From: Psammoneis japonica
Lineage: Eukaryota
Direction: 5' to 3'
NCBI GenBank assembly: GCA_008632985.1
Contig: QPGO01000038.1
Location: 397,939-461,938 of the forward strand
DNA: 64,000 nt
In this document: positions 33,701 to 46,893 of the stretch, in pieces
Numbering within the stretch: the stretch's first letter is position 1
Layout: each line of letters begins with the position of its first letter
Notes under the pieces: generated by a model
What the model was told of the DNA's origin: nothing
Seen by the model: only the letters and a program-made list of their open reading frames with translations
Database searches by the model: none
Made by a program: the position numbers and the translations under genes

Positions 33701-34592
33701 CCGAGTTTTTGTAATATTGTCGCCTTGGATGGAGCGAGACACGCATGAGCATTGCAGATTGCAGCTTCTCCACATCATAAAAGACATGTTTCCACCGACC
33801 AAATGACCGCAATCGATTCCCTTTTCGAAAAAAAAAAATCGCTCATGGACAAACTGAAGCAGTTATCCGTCTTCTCCTTGTATCGATAAAAAGAATGAAT
33901 CACAGACATTTTGAGGGACGCTTGCGCTTGACTGACGATGACACAAAGCAGGTCTTTCCGCTTGTGCGTCGAGCCCAACGGACGATCGTCCCGATTTGAC
34001 TATCAGTGCCCATCGCATCTGACTCTCCACCCGGAAACGTTATCTCTATTCAACCCTTGTCTTAAAGAGCCCCTTTAATGATTCCGCCAGCGCACCTTCT
34101 TGGTCTGTCGACGCTCACGCCACGTTGATGCGGGTGCCGCGCAATAAGCTCTGCGGCGGCGGAACTTCATTTCTCAACACCTCTCGCGTCACAACATTGC
34201 ATGATTCTTCAATAAGAGAGGCAAACACACCACAAGAGCACACAGTTGGGGATGAAAGTCAATGAATTGAGTATTCAAGAGCAGGAGAAAAACGCAAAGA
34301 GCGAGCTCTCTGGGGATGATGGTGAATGAAGAAGGTGATGTCGGCTAAAAAAATATTTTGAAATTTTGATGCTGACGTATCGCGCATCGCGCCCGCGCGC
34401 GGTGTATCTATCCCCGCACAACACACAGACAGCAATGGTTGAAGACGTGATGAAAAGATGACGGCGGGGAAGGTTTGGGTTGTTGTTGCTTTCCATTAAA
34501 AGATAGATCTCTATTGAACCTCTTGCAATTTTTTATCAATAACTCATCGTGGATCTGAGAAACAATACTTGTACGAAAAATACGAGCTAAAC

Positions 34593-35794
34593 ATGATGTG
34601 CAAGCAACGACGAAACGTTCTCCTTTTTGTATTGGCAGTTGGATGCGGTGCATCTATGATTCACGGTTTTTCTGCTCCTCATCCTTCCGAACAACGTTGC
34701 GCCAAAGAGGGAATGTGTTTCATGAAGAAAAATTGTCTATACATACTGTGCTGAATATGAACAAAAACGAAAATACTCAACAAGTACTGAAAGAACAAGA
34801 AACAAATAATGATGAATCGCTGTCGTGTTGGGACCCAAACCTTCGTCGCATCATGGGAAGCGTTGCCACACTTGGTTTTGCCGAAACCGCTTTTTTGACA
34901 TATGAAAAGTATGCGGGACACTTGTCGAGTTTGTGTGGTACCGACGGGACGTGTGAATCCGTCTTGACGGGCCCTTACGCCACGCTACCGAATGACATTC
35001 CCATTTCGGTGCTTGGAAGTGTGGCCTATGGCGTCGTGGCTGTGTTGGCCTTGGCGCCACTCGTTATCAAAACAATGGACGATTCGAATAATCGTGTTGC
35101 GCTTTTGGCAGTAACGACAGCCATGGGAACCTTTTCCACCTTTCTCATGAGCTTGCTCTTTGGTGTCTTGCATGCATCCTGTCCGTATTGTTTGGCGTCG
35201 GCGTCCTTTTCGTGGACCTTGGCGGCTTGTGCGTGGTTTGGTGGATGCTTACCGTCTCAAAATCCAATTCAAACAAAGAGCGGTATTCAATACAGTCTTG
35301 CCAGTTTTGCAGCGACAACCTTGGCTGCCATTTTCTTTTTTGTCAGCGTTGACGACACGACGTCGTCCATCATGGCAACCAATTATGCGGGGAGCAATCC
35401 TGCGTCGGACAAACAACAAACGCTCTTGGCAAGCAGTGGGAATATCCAAGTACCTCCCGAAGGATTAATGCCTCCACCGATTGAATCCACCTCGTCACCG
35501 CGTGCCTTGACTCTTTCTCAAGACTTGTCGCTGCTAAATGCCAAAATGTACGGTGCGTATTGGTGCTCGCATTGTTATGATCAAAAGACAACACTGGGCA
35601 AGGAAGGTTTTTCCAAGATTCAATATGTGGAATGTGCCAAGGACGGTTATCATAGTCAAACATCCATGTGTAAGGCAAGAGATGTTCCGGGATATCCAAC
35701 ATGGGATATCGACGGTCAATTGTATCCTGGCGAAATGGGTCTCGACGAATTGGAAGATATTGTGCGACAAGCAATGCTAAGCAGTAAACAATGA
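34593..35794 (+). CDS. LTO1: Plastid VKOR + thioredoxin-like thiol-disulfide oxidoreductase (LTO1-like); frameshift in the presequence
   Basis: Signal + IHG-F; C....C.SVL.GPYA, HASCPYCLAS, YGAYWCSHC and GYPTW. Confidence 0.9.
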
Positions 35795-35808
35795 AAAACA
35801 AAATTCTA

Positions 35809-36390
35809 TTAAAAAGACTCCTTGACATCTGCCAATAGCGTTTCTGCATCGCTCGCTGCGTCGTCAACGACATGAAAGCTCTTGACAATACCGTCCTTGG
35901 CGATCAAGGAGAACCTCTCGGAACGCACTCCCAAGGATGCACCGCTGTAGTCTCGGTCCAATTCATACTCTTTGGCCCACAAAGCATCGACATCTGCCAA
36001 GAATGTAATATCATCAAAATTATTGTCCATGGCCTTGGCCCAATTGTAATGCGCGTACGGATCCGACACGGTATAACAAACAATCGTGTCGACACCGGCT
36101 TTTTTGAAATCGTCCGCCAGCTTTTTATAGGGAGGATAGTGTGCCGTTGTGCACGTTCCTGTAAAGGGCGCAGGAACTCCAAAGACGGCCACCGTCTTGT
36201 CGGTAAAAATGTCCTTCATACTCAACGCATTGTCGACGGCAAGGTTCGAAGATCCGTCCATGTGCCAAGGACGCGACGATTGCCATGTGTTGGTGGACTT
36301 GGTCAAGTCGGTTCCAATCGCAATGTTGCGAATCTGACTCTTTTGAGAGGTTGACAGTCGTCGACACGTGGATAAGATAGCCGTGCGCAT
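35809..36390 (-). CDS. Type II peroxiredoxin (Prx5/redoxin family), mitochondrial-type presequence
   Basis: VFGVPAPFTGTCT..H.P, VSDPY, FLAD and LGVRSERFSL; N-terminus MRTAILSTCRRLS. Confidence 0.92.
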   Translation of the reverse strand: MRTAILSTCRRLSTSQKSQIRNIAIGTDLTKSTNTWQSSRPWHMDGSSNLAVDNALSMKDIFTDKTVAVFGVPAPFTGTCTTAHYPPYKKLADDFKKAGVDTIVCYTVSDPYAHYNWAKAMDNNFDDITFLADVDALWAKEYELDRDYSGASLGVRSERFSLIAKDGIVKSFHVVDDAASDAETLLADVKESF

Positions 36391-36661
36391 TGTTGAAAGG
36401 AACAACAAAAGACATACACTGTGTATCGATAAGAATGCTCTTGTCACATCATGGCTCGATAGACGGAGGCATTTTTTTGAAAAATCGTTCCGACATCGAC
36501 ACGTCACCATTGATGACGTCAGTAGCGCATATTCTTTCGCGCGCGCGAAATCGAATCTTGTCTGTCTGACGTGCGGCAACATCGGAAGCATCCATCAACG
36601 CAACACAAAAAAGAAAAGCAACGATACATACTACGCATCCGAATCCAATCCATCATCGACC

Positions 36662-39023
36662 ATGCCGTCGTTCTACTTCTCCGTCGGCTGGACCTGAACC
36701 AGTGTTGATTTCTCGAAAGCAAGTAGATGCTCTCTATGAAATCATGAAGGCCGTGGTACAAGCACTGCAAGAGCTCCAAGTGTCGTATATCGTCACGGGT
36801 GGCTCACTTCTCGGTGCGGTACGACAACATTCGATTTTGTTTTGTGACGACGACATTGATATTGCTATTCTTGAACACGAGTCGTATGAATTGGTTCGGA
36901 ATCAATTACAAGAATTGTTGGGGTCGGAATTTAGTTATACAATCAATGCATGGGAAGGAGGAGATCGGGTTCGATATAAACGCGTGTCGAATGTCTTTTT
37001 GGATGTGTTTTGCATACGAAAGTATCAAACAAAAGAAGAGTTGATTTCTGTCATTGGAATCAAGAGAAACGGACAAGCGCAGAGCGAGGAATACGTAAAC
37101 AATATTATGAGCACGATTGAATCAGCCGGAATTTCACAAGACGAGCCAACTCCACTCTTTCCGTGTTGGCACTTTTCAACACGAAAAGCCGTCGAGCTAT
37201 GGCCCAAGGAGGTGTATCGAACCGACGAGCTCTTTCCCATTTCCTCGGAATACAAGTTTGGGCCCCTAGAAAATATCTGCGGACCGCGTATGCCTGTGTT
37301 ATTGTTGAAACGAGCCTTTGGGACGATTGTTTTCATGTTTACTACCAATCTGGGAGTCATGCCGATACCAACAGCAACCACCATCAAGACGATTCTACAA
37401 AGGATTTAAAGCCAGTTGTGTTTACAGGTGGTACATGGGATGGCGGTCAGAAAAAGACACTACAGCCCGAGCAATACATACCTATGCAACCTACATCACG
37501 AGCCAAACGACGGCCGACTATCCATTGTCGACAACAACTCGAGGAGTACTTGCAACAACAATCGGCGCGAGAACAAGAGCTCATGACGGAAATGCTAAAG
37601 CGGCATCTCGCAACAAATCGACCCAGACGTACAGTGTACATGGATGGTGTGTTTGATTTGTTTCATATTGGCCACTTGGAAGCCATAAACAGTGCGCAGC
37701 CTTGGGAGACCGCGTCATTGTTGGAATCACGGGTGATGACGATGCTGCTGGTACAAGCGACCTCCCATTTTGTCACAAGACAATCGCATTGCCGTCGTGT
37801 CGGCATTACGATACGTGGACAAGGTAGTTTGTCCCTGCCCATTGATTGTGACGGAGGAATTCATGACGGAGCAGGGAATTGATTTGGTGGTGCACGGCTT
37901 TGCCAATGACGTGGATGCCGAAAAACAACGAATGTTTTTCGAAACTCCAATGAGAATGGGACGTTTTCAACGAATATCCTATTACAGAGGATTGAGTACT
38001 ACGGACATTATTCAAAAGATTCAATCAATGCCAACCGAATCTACGACAAAAAACTCAAACTGGTTTGGATCTTCGCTTGCGGCTGCGACTGACAATTCTC
38101 CTTGTATTCCTACCGACCCGTTCCCACTCGAATTGCGAAAGGTGGTCGAACCACATGTTCGAAAAGCTACACGACGCCGATCACAAGCCCTCGAAGCAAT
38201 ACGCAAAGCATCTGGCCTGACGGAATGTGAATTCCAGGACATGATGATGACCGTCCGTGGAAATGAAGGAGATTTTAATTTTGACGTGGAACGACATGCT
38301 CTCCTTCCTTTGTTTCTCCAGTCTTGTGGACTGCCCAAAGATATGGACCTTACAAAGCTACATCTTAATGACGGGAATGCTACAAAGGAATCACTCTTCA
38401 TGACGCTCACAACCAATTATCAGGACTTTCAACGGGTCTATGATGATTTTGTATTGACAGTCTGCGCACCCAAAATGGCAGCTCTTTATGACTGCAACGG
38501 GGAAATTTACTACCAAGCATTTCCTTGCACTCGAGTTGTCCAGCCGGGAGAATTTAGCATTGGACCACATGCTGACGTTGCCTATGGACACCATCCGTGC
38601 AGCATAAACTTTTACGTTCCCTTTACGAGAATCGGTGGAGCGGCTTCTCTTTTTTTGGAAAGCAGACCTGGAAGTGAAGATTGGCATCCCATTACAGGAC
38701 AGTACGGCGACGTCAAACAGTTTGCTGGTGCCACGTGTTTACACTGGACCACGGAAAATACCACAAATTACACCCGAGTATCTATGGACTTTCGAATGAT
38801 TGCGGGGCCCATGTTTGATGCATTAGCCTGTGGTGCAGGAAAGGAGGGAGGACAAATGGACGTTTTCCGACAGACTCCGGGATACTACAACCGCTGTCGA
38901 TTGAAAAATGGAGTTTGGGTACGCGAGGGAGAACTGTTGCCCCCGGATGCCCGAGTTGGGTTCCCCTGGACGGTTAAGAACTGGGACACGTACGTGAAAA
39001 AGAAAGCAAAAACTACATCTTGA
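36662..39023 (+). CDS. Fusion protein: LicD-type phosphotransferase + cytidylyltransferase (HIGH) + Fe(II)/2OG-type dioxygenase-like domain (1-nt frameshifts at ~36671, 37320, 37688, 37751)
   Basis: GGSLLGAVRQHSILFCDDDIDI; VYMDGVFDLFHIGHLEAI..GDRVIVGITGD..YKRPP..R...V.ALRYVDKV..GLSTTDII; YYQAFPC.RV..PHAD..YGH....NFYVP..LHWT.EN.T..TRVSMDFR. Confidence 0.85.
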
Positions 39024-39067
39024 TACCACTCTGGCAATCATAAATCTCAAATGTAAAAATACGCAAG

Positions 39068-40625
39068 TTAAATTCTATAAAAGTCATCGTCATCGTCCAC
39101 AATGCCATAGTCGTCCTCAACTACCTCAAACTTGAGGTCATCTCGTTTTAGCAATTCGATTTCAGAAATCTCCGCAAGCGTACCACCACACAATTCGAAA
39201 ACTAAAGGACAAACATGGCGAAGTTTAGTGAGCCGAAAAGATAAGAAGTGCCGTACGAGACAGCTGCCATATCGCAAACTTACCTTCATGCCAAAGTGGT
39301 TTTGGAAGGGCGATACATTGCTTCAAACTTAGTGAACGAGCACATGCCACCGGTTGATACTTTCCAAGGACAACCGACAAATCCAATTTGCTTTCTGAGT
39401 ATTCATGTCTACCGACAAAGAATCGAAAATCCAAAGGATTGTATTTGCCAGCTAGTACTCCATCGATCGCCGCGTCCAACCCACCACGATAAATGTTGGA
39501 ACCGGGCGAAATCTCCTCTGCTCCCTCCAAATCCTTGATTCCATGCACCAAAATTGCCGGCTGATCCTGTCGATCGGGTCCACCCAAGTATACGGCAATG
39601 TCATTCCCAAACGCCATGATGAGCTTGGTCACGTCTTTTCGAAATGTCGCTTCATCGCTACTTGTCATCATACCACCAATGAGTAGCTTTGCAAGATCGG
39701 GAGACAACTTTCGGGCCATGGGGCGGTTCAAGACCACCGTCGTGGCGGTTCCCGCACTCTCGTCGCGTTCCAACACAAGACAAACCTCTTGCCATGATTC
39801 CTGTAACGAAGTCGTGGAACAATAGCACGGTGTGAGTTTCGCTTTGTAAAACCAAAGTGCGCCTCATTGTTATATCCAATCCATACAAAGTCTTACCTGG
39901 TTGTCAAGGAACAATTGAAGCAGATTGGAATTTTCCGTGCTCAATTTTGTAGCATCCACCGTTCCGTCGTCCGCCATTAACGCAATCGCTTGCATTTGAT
40001 CGGAAACTAACTTTTGAGCCTCGCTGTACCATTCTGCCGTTTCCAACGGAGCTTCGTAATCACTGTCATTTTCGGGATCTTCAAAAAAAGCACTCGGTCG
40101 TTCTTGTTTTTTATTCGTTTTCGTTCCGTGTTTCTTATCGAGTCGTTGATGAAGCAATTGTCCAATCACATTGTGACGGTAGTTTCTGTAAATCTCCGCT
40201 TCCAGTGGCAATCGACACACCAGTCCACCTACTTCGGGTGTCGCAACCTCGTGTGCCCAAACACCCTTTGCATACTCTTGTCCCAATTGTTTGTTTTGTC
40301 TCATGAGCAATTGCTCGTTCGCCTTGGAACGTCGTTGTTCTGCTTGGTTATTCATGCTGTTGTTGTTGTCAGGTTTATCGTCGTCTTGGGCAAGAAGACT
40401 GTTGCGAAAGGCACGCCAATCTCCGAGTGAATCGGCGTCGATATTGTCGTCATCGTCATCATCTTCTTCTTCATCTTCTTGAGAGTAAAATGACGATTTG
40501 AGTTCCATCAAAATTCTTGAATGAACACGAGATTGACATGCTTTCGAATAAGTATTGGGCTGAAAGGCTTGGGCACACTCAAATCCTGCCAGAGCAAAAA
40601 GTGAGGCTGAAAGTACGAGTCTCAT
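39068..40625 (-). CDS. Plastid-targeted DUF179/UPF0301 (AlgH/YqgE-like) protein with two introns (~39803-39896, ~39203-39283)
   Basis: Signal + AQA-F; DWRAFR..L, WAH....PE.G, VVLNRP, VYLGGP, FRFFVG and LW.EV. Confidence 0.85.
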
Positions 40626-41445
40626 TTTTCTTGTTGAGAGGCAATGAGAACGGTGGCAGATTAAATTCTTTTTCTCGTCGCCTCTGGTATCGGCCAAGAG
40701 TACTGTAGCTGGAACGCAATGCAGAAGGCAAGATGATGTCGTGCATTTGCAATGAAAACGCGTGGATGCCATGCAGGGATCATGCGTTGCTCTTGTGTTG
40801 TTTGTTCTCTCTGGTGTCATCGCCCACGTCACTCGAACGAGTTCGCATCCTACGTCATCTGTCTGTCCGTCAATGCGCGTTGCGATGATGGAATTGACGA
40901 AAAATCGCATGAACCGCTACATTCAACCCAAGTTTCATCAAGTGGTTCTATTCGTCGCCGAAAAAGGGATATCGCATTCACCAGTGGCAGAAGCAAAGGA
41001 AAAACAACAGGTTTTCGTTTTCCGTCGTATTTCTTTCACGTGCCTTTGACGGCCCTCTTGTTTGTCCCTTTTTATCTTGCTTCTCAAGTTTCAATGTGGC
41101 TTTAGAGGTGTAAAATTTTAGTTTTGGGTCACAAAAATGCGCTAAGCTATGGCCCTTCGAGTAGCCACTATGCTCTAAAGCCTCCTCATCCGCAAACGCA
41201 AGAGAAGCCACAAGACACAAAATGTGAGAAACTGCAGAAAGCTTGAAGTAAGCGTAGGTGTCACGTAGCCTTCAGTACTGAGGAAGATTCTAATTAGGGC
41301 GGGGTTCGCTGATGACGTTCAAAAATTTCAATTTCAGGCGCAACGGAAGCACGGAAACGCGATGCGAAAGAACATGAGCATTTGGTAAGGAGCCAACGCC
41401 AGCCCTAACAACAAGGCGATTGCACATTGCAACTAAGGCAACAAC

Positions 41446-42818
41446 ATGACACAACAATATATTGACCCGTTCGCCCCTTTTTGGGAACTGCACTTTATTC
41501 GTCTGTTGCTGCACTGGCAAGGATCGATCTTTCAGTTCTTTTGGATCGAGTTTGTCGTTGTTTCGGGCATCTGCGCCATAATTTTGGCATCATGGTACTA
41601 TTCTCTCGACGATACCCATGATAACCGAATCAGCGAAGCGTATGAAAGCGTCTTTTTGGCATTACAATACATCCATTCACGGTATCAGTCAGCTATATCA
41701 CTCATGCTTGGATTCTACTCGTCCGCGATTTTCGGTCGATGGTGGCAAGCCCGAAAAGCAGAAGCCGCGCCGCTGGAGCAGTCAAGGAGCTTGCCCTTCA
41801 GATTGCAGTCTTGATAACAGACCAAAACGCGGAGGACAGTAACGAATCATTATCCCAATCAGCAGAGCCACCGATTGTATCTCCTTCCTCCACAGTGAAT
41901 TCCGCTGCTGAGAAACAACAAGAGGAGCAACCCCGCGAGTTTGGGCGGGATCAAATTGGACTTTCCCAGTTGGGTACCCCAGGCAAAATCGTGGATTCGA
42001 ATGGCTGTGAATCTCCCAGTGGTCCAGTGAAGGCCGCGGACGTTCAACTTGCTCTTGTGCGGTGGTTGAACTTGTCCCATGCGCTTGTCGTGGGAGAGCT
42101 GTATGAAAAGAAGTCCAACTTTTTCAATACAATCGATAGCCTTCGCGACATTGGGCTATTGACCGACGACGAATTTGACTACATGTCAAAAACAGAAGGC
42201 TCTGGATATGGTGACCCTTTGCTTTGGTTTTTAGACACGATTAGACAATTGCGAGACGAAAGCATGTGTGGTGTTGTGGACGGTACAATTGTTATAACAA
42301 ACAAGAACATTGGCAGTCTTCGAGCTGCACTCGATAATTTGACTCTATTCAAGAGTACCCCAGTCCCGTTATCCTATCGACAACTTGTCAACTTGACTGT
42401 CCGATTGTACATGGTCATCACGTTTGTGTACATCAGCATCAACGACGCTCAGCGTGACGAAGACATTGGCTTTTCGGAGGATGTTTACTATCTGCTCATT
42501 CCATTTTGCTTTGAATACTTTTGCTTTGTGGGTTGGCTCAGTGTGGCTGATTCTCTGGCCAACCCCTTTCGGGTCTGGGCAGATGGGTTTGATTGGGAAG
42601 ACTATGTCTTGGACACGTTGCGAGAATCAACCAAGTATGTTACCGCGACAGCGCGAGCTTCACCCAACGTGAGGAATCTACGAGGTGTTAGAATTGACAC
42701 TAGCACCCTACACAATGAGTTTCGTGGTTGTAGAAAAGTGAAAAGAAATGCAACTGGATTTAACCGCTCTCAAAGATTGCCAACGTTGCAAGATAAGCAA
42801 AGTCTCATTCTTTACTGA
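41446..42818 (+). CDS. Bestrophin-family anion channel (frameshift near 41765)
   Basis: SLMLGFYSS.IF.RWW, RWLNL, GLLT.DE, PVPLSY.QLV and VGWL.VA..L.NPF. Confidence 0.85.
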
Positions 42819-43113
42819 TTGCCTAGCCGGTTGCTCGTCACTCTCTTTCTTACAAGCATGCGTTGCTTTTGAGCGAGAGAATGGAATTGAAATTGTATTG
42901 TATGAGCCACTATGGCTATAGATTTAGAACAAAAGCACTGCTTTCCCATCTGTTATCCCAAACGAGCGTTACGGTGTACTAATGAGTGCCTTGATTATAA
43001 GATCAAAATTTCTATATATCGATCTACCTATGAAGAGAGACTTTTTAGACTCGATCGGGTGGGAGTGGAGTCATGCTATCGGTCCGCCGTACCCGTTAGT
43101 TTCAGATAAGTAC

Positions 43114-44173
43114 TCATAAATCACCTTCATAATATTCGTTCTGACCACGGTTACCACGTCCATTGTTTCCATGCTGCTGCCGCTGTTGCCGACCGGTATT
43201 TGAAGAATGGTATTGGTATCGTATCGATGGGCCATTTGTAGTGATGCTTTTAAAACCTTCCAATCCTGCAAATAGGAAGATTCCTGCCACAATGCCAAAG
43301 ATGACTATTATAAATAACATTGCAAAACAAGCACAGACAGCGCCCCCTCCTGCACCACCGCTTCTTGGTCTTGAAGAATTTCCAGCTTTCCCGACGCCCA
43401 TATTTTCTGGCTTGTGAGATTGAATGTAGAGAACACCGGGTCCTTCAAACTCGCAATGCAAACCCTCTCCGCTGGTCATACTGCCAAGAATACCACCTCT
43501 TGACGTTGCAAATTTCATTTTATACTTCATCGATGCCGTCCATGCCACCAAATGACCATTGTCTACCATTCGCGTTTGACCTGGTGTCAAGACGAATTTG
43601 TGCATGGAACCGTACGCCGAAATGGCAAGGTTGCCTCGTCCCGAAGCGTGCAAAAGGAAGAATCCGGTCCCAGAAAGCAAGGAATTACCAAATTGACCCT
43701 GCATGGTGCTATCCACATGCACTCCCTCATCCGCTGCGAGATAGGCTCCACTCGTAAGAAACATATCGTCCATTACGCTTTCGCTACGGAATTTATGCAA
43801 CGCAATCCCTCCGGGATCCGATGGTGCAATCAGAACATCACCAGACGCTTCCATGGATGTGTTTTCAACCTTTGTAGTAAAGAAGCTTTCTCGAGTGAGA
43901 AAGATTCGAGCAAATCCAGCGAGTAGTCCACCCGACAATATGCCTCGGACGGTGACACTCTGAGACATGCTAACTACAGCATCTGATTCGCAGTGGATGG
44001 ATGTGTTGGGAGGCAGAACAACACTGACGGACGCAAAACTGCCCTCGTCCTTCACTATCCAAGTGGGTGAAGGGAGGAGGGTGATGACGACGAGGCTCGT
44101 GCAACCATTTTCTTCTGTAAGGAACACCAATAACAACACCTTTAGCTACTTCTGCCGGTAGATCAATCGCCAT
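43114..44173 (-). CDS. AIM24/DUF124 (TIGR00266) family protein with C-terminal TM (frameshift near 5' end)
   Basis: ESDAVVSMS, R.FLT.ESFF, GAYLA, SGTGFFLL, VDNGHLVAW and SGEGL.C.F.GPG..YIQS. Confidence 0.88.
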
Positions 44174-44360
44174 TTCGCTTCGTGTTGCGAAACAAGTCGG
44201 TCTGACCGTCTCTACCATCATGCGATGCACAGAAAGAAAATCGCATCGCACATCGCAGATCGCAGCGCAACACCGCAACACATAAGATCGATACATTTTG
44301 TACGACTAGTCTATTGTTGCTGTCTTGTTGTTCTTGTTCATACTTCTATGAAAAGCCATC

Positions 44361-45698
44361 ATGAAAGCATCATCGCAAGAGGAGCAAAAAGTGACTGACG
44401 ATGCGGAACGGGAAACGCCTGCTGGTCCTAACGACTTGACACCGGTAGTAGTATGTCCTCCCTCCTCCGCAGCAATTGAAGAAGCGGCGGGTGCCAATAA
44501 CGCATCGACAAAAAGCACACGAGAAAGAATCATGCACTGCCTTATCACCACGCCCAGTCGCTTTGCTGAAAAGTATCCGAGGCTTTTCCACGTAATATTT
44601 CGAATTCTCGTCCCCATTTTGCTATTGATTGCCGTATCGTTCTTTTGTGGTTTCTTTGTTGCCAAGGCCGAATCTGGCCCTGAAATGTCTTCGAATGATG
44701 CGATCATATCCGCCATGTTTGAGAATCGAATATCCATGGCAAACATTACATTGGAGGAGACTGAACAATTTATGGAATCATCATCGTGTCTGCCTCCCGA
44801 GTTTTACTTCGACAATGAGACATTCGCCTCGACGAACGCAACAGAGCTCATTTATTTTTTGAAGCGTTGTCGAAAAGACTTGGTCGATGATTCAGTACAA
44901 GGCAGTCCGCTGCATGAGGAGCAACTCACATTTGATTGGATATTGTGTGGGGGTGAGGAGATGCCTGGTAGATTGCAAGTTGAGCCGGTGGTTGATGCTT
45001 GGATGCATGATTACTTTCGATTGGTTGATCTTTATAGCGACAACATGACGTTCCTCGAAGCTCACAATGTAGCCTTGGCAGAAGCGACGGGGAGGGAGCC
45101 TTGTGAAGTGCATCTTGCAGCTGGGGCACTCTTTTGGTTTACAATCATGACAACCATCGGGTATGGAAATTTCTCACCAAGCACTACTGCTGGACGTGCC
45201 CTTGTGTATACGCTGGGGTTCTTGAGTATCCTCATGTTTGGAGTAGTTATGGGGTGGTCGGGAACAATAGCGCTGGCGGTGTTTGATGACTTTGCAATTC
45301 GACGAAGGGCCCACTTTTTAACACGAGGTATTGGAGCACCTCTCTTTTGGCTTGCAGTTCTTTGCCTTTGGTTGCTCATTTTGGCGATAATCCTCGTAAC
45401 GTACGAAGCGTCCCGTGACGAAGGGACGGAACTTGAAACTCTCTCGGACTCGTTTTGGTTTGCCTATATATCAATCACTACCGTCGGCTTGGGAGACTTT
45501 TATATTCGACCCGACCTCTTTCGAGCCCAAGACATGTTCTTCTATCCGTTTCTCTTCCTCTTGGGGATGGTTGGTGTCGCGAATTTCCTTTTGAAGTTTT
45601 CACTCTGGTTGTCCGAGTCGATTCCACAACACGGAAAATCACTTGAACAAATCCTCGAAGAGAGACGGAACGCTGATCATGATGATTCCGATGGATGA
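44361..45698 (+). CDS. Two-pore-domain potassium channel
   Basis: Two pore loops FWFTIMTTIGYGN and FWFAYISITTVGLGD with four TM segments. Confidence 0.92.
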   Translation: MKASSQEEQKVTDDAERETPAGPNDLTPVVVCPPSSAAIEEAAGANNASTKSTRERIMHCLITTPSRFAEKYPRLFHVIFRILVPILLLIAVSFFCGFFVAKAESGPEMSSNDAIISAMFENRISMANITLEETEQFMESSSCLPPEFYFDNETFASTNATELIYFLKRCRKDLVDDSVQGSPLHEEQLTFDWILCGGEEMPGRLQVEPVVDAWMHDYFRLVDLYSDNMTFLEAHNVALAEATGREPCEVHLAAGALFWFTIMTTIGYGNFSPSTTAGRALVYTLGFLSILMFGVVMGWSGTIALAVFDDFAIRRRAHFLTRGIGAPLFWLAVLCLWLLILAIILVTYEASRDEGTELETLSDSFWFAYISITTVGLGDFYIRPDLFRAQDMFFYPFLFLLGMVGVANFLLKFSLWLSESIPQHGKSLEQILEERRNADHDDSDG

Positions 45699-46893
45699 TT
45701 AGAAAGGTACGCCATACTCAGTATGAACGAAGCTCCACCTGCAAGACAACTCCTCGAGCTGCTCTTTTCTTGGTGACGATTGAGAAATGATATTGTGGAT
45801 GTAGACCCGGATGACAGGTCTTTCAACAGTCGTCCATATGTCTCAGGAATACAGCCTTCGATAGGATTCCATGATGTAATCGAAACACAGAGGTAGTCTA
45901 CTAGAGTGGTATTTTTGAGTTTGAAGAAGCTATGGCGAATGATATATCCATTCTTAATAGATGCACCACAACACTGAACTTTTTGACGCGTCTAGCTAGG
46001 GTGAAGTTTCAGGTGTACGCGATTGACTGCAGCACAAGAAAAGTGTGGGTTCTGTCGTGGTGGTGCGAAAATGTGAGCGCAAAGGCAACTCTCAATCCGC
46101 AATCAGGAATGTTGCGCTGGGGAGGACTGCTTCTACATCTTAAAAACAATTTCATTGCCATTACTAAACGACTGATGGTTAAAACTGATGTTCCTCGTGA
46201 GTACTTTCAAAGATGGCGAGGGAAGCACGATTTGACACGTGTCAAACATGATTGAGAACTCAGGTTGAAGCGCCCTGTGAAAGATTGGGCACCGCAGAAG
46301 GAACTTCATTTTTAGATTTCATTTGCAACTTGGTTTTTGTTTGAAATAATTCTCGCTTCGATATCTTCATTGGATAATGCAACTTCATTCAATGTACATA
46401 CAAGAACATGTTGTGTTGGCGAAGGGGAGAGGGAGAGAAGACGCCGAACGCCGACGGTACTGGGGTGTGTGATAGGTATTGACCCTACGCAGTTCTACGT
46501 AGAGCTCACTCGTGGAAGAAAACGCGATGGGAATGCAAAGAGTGAGAGACAAAATATTTATCCATATATATGCATCTGTGTGTTTAGTTATATCGGTGCA
46601 GCTTGCGCCATCGCCAAATCAGTTGTACGTCAGTGCTGGTACATTTTCTACCACGTAGTCACGAATCATCTTCATCTTCTTCTTCAGACATTTGGTTGAA
46701 ACATATTTTTGAAACTTTGGTGTGACGAGGTTGCCTTTTTGATCACGTTTTTTGCTCGCCACAACGTGTTTAGCGCGCACGTCAGGGGGCCGTTGAAATG
46801 AATGGCGCGATCGACGCTCATGCGCTTTTGCGTTGCGTTGTTCTTCGTTCATTTTCTTTTCAACACCAATCCCGTCAGTCAGTCATAATCACC

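Noticed and set aside
36662..39023. Programmed ribosomal frameshifting in the LicD fusion
   Set aside because: The shifts lie at short homopolymers and similar indels occur throughout the window; sequencing error is simpler
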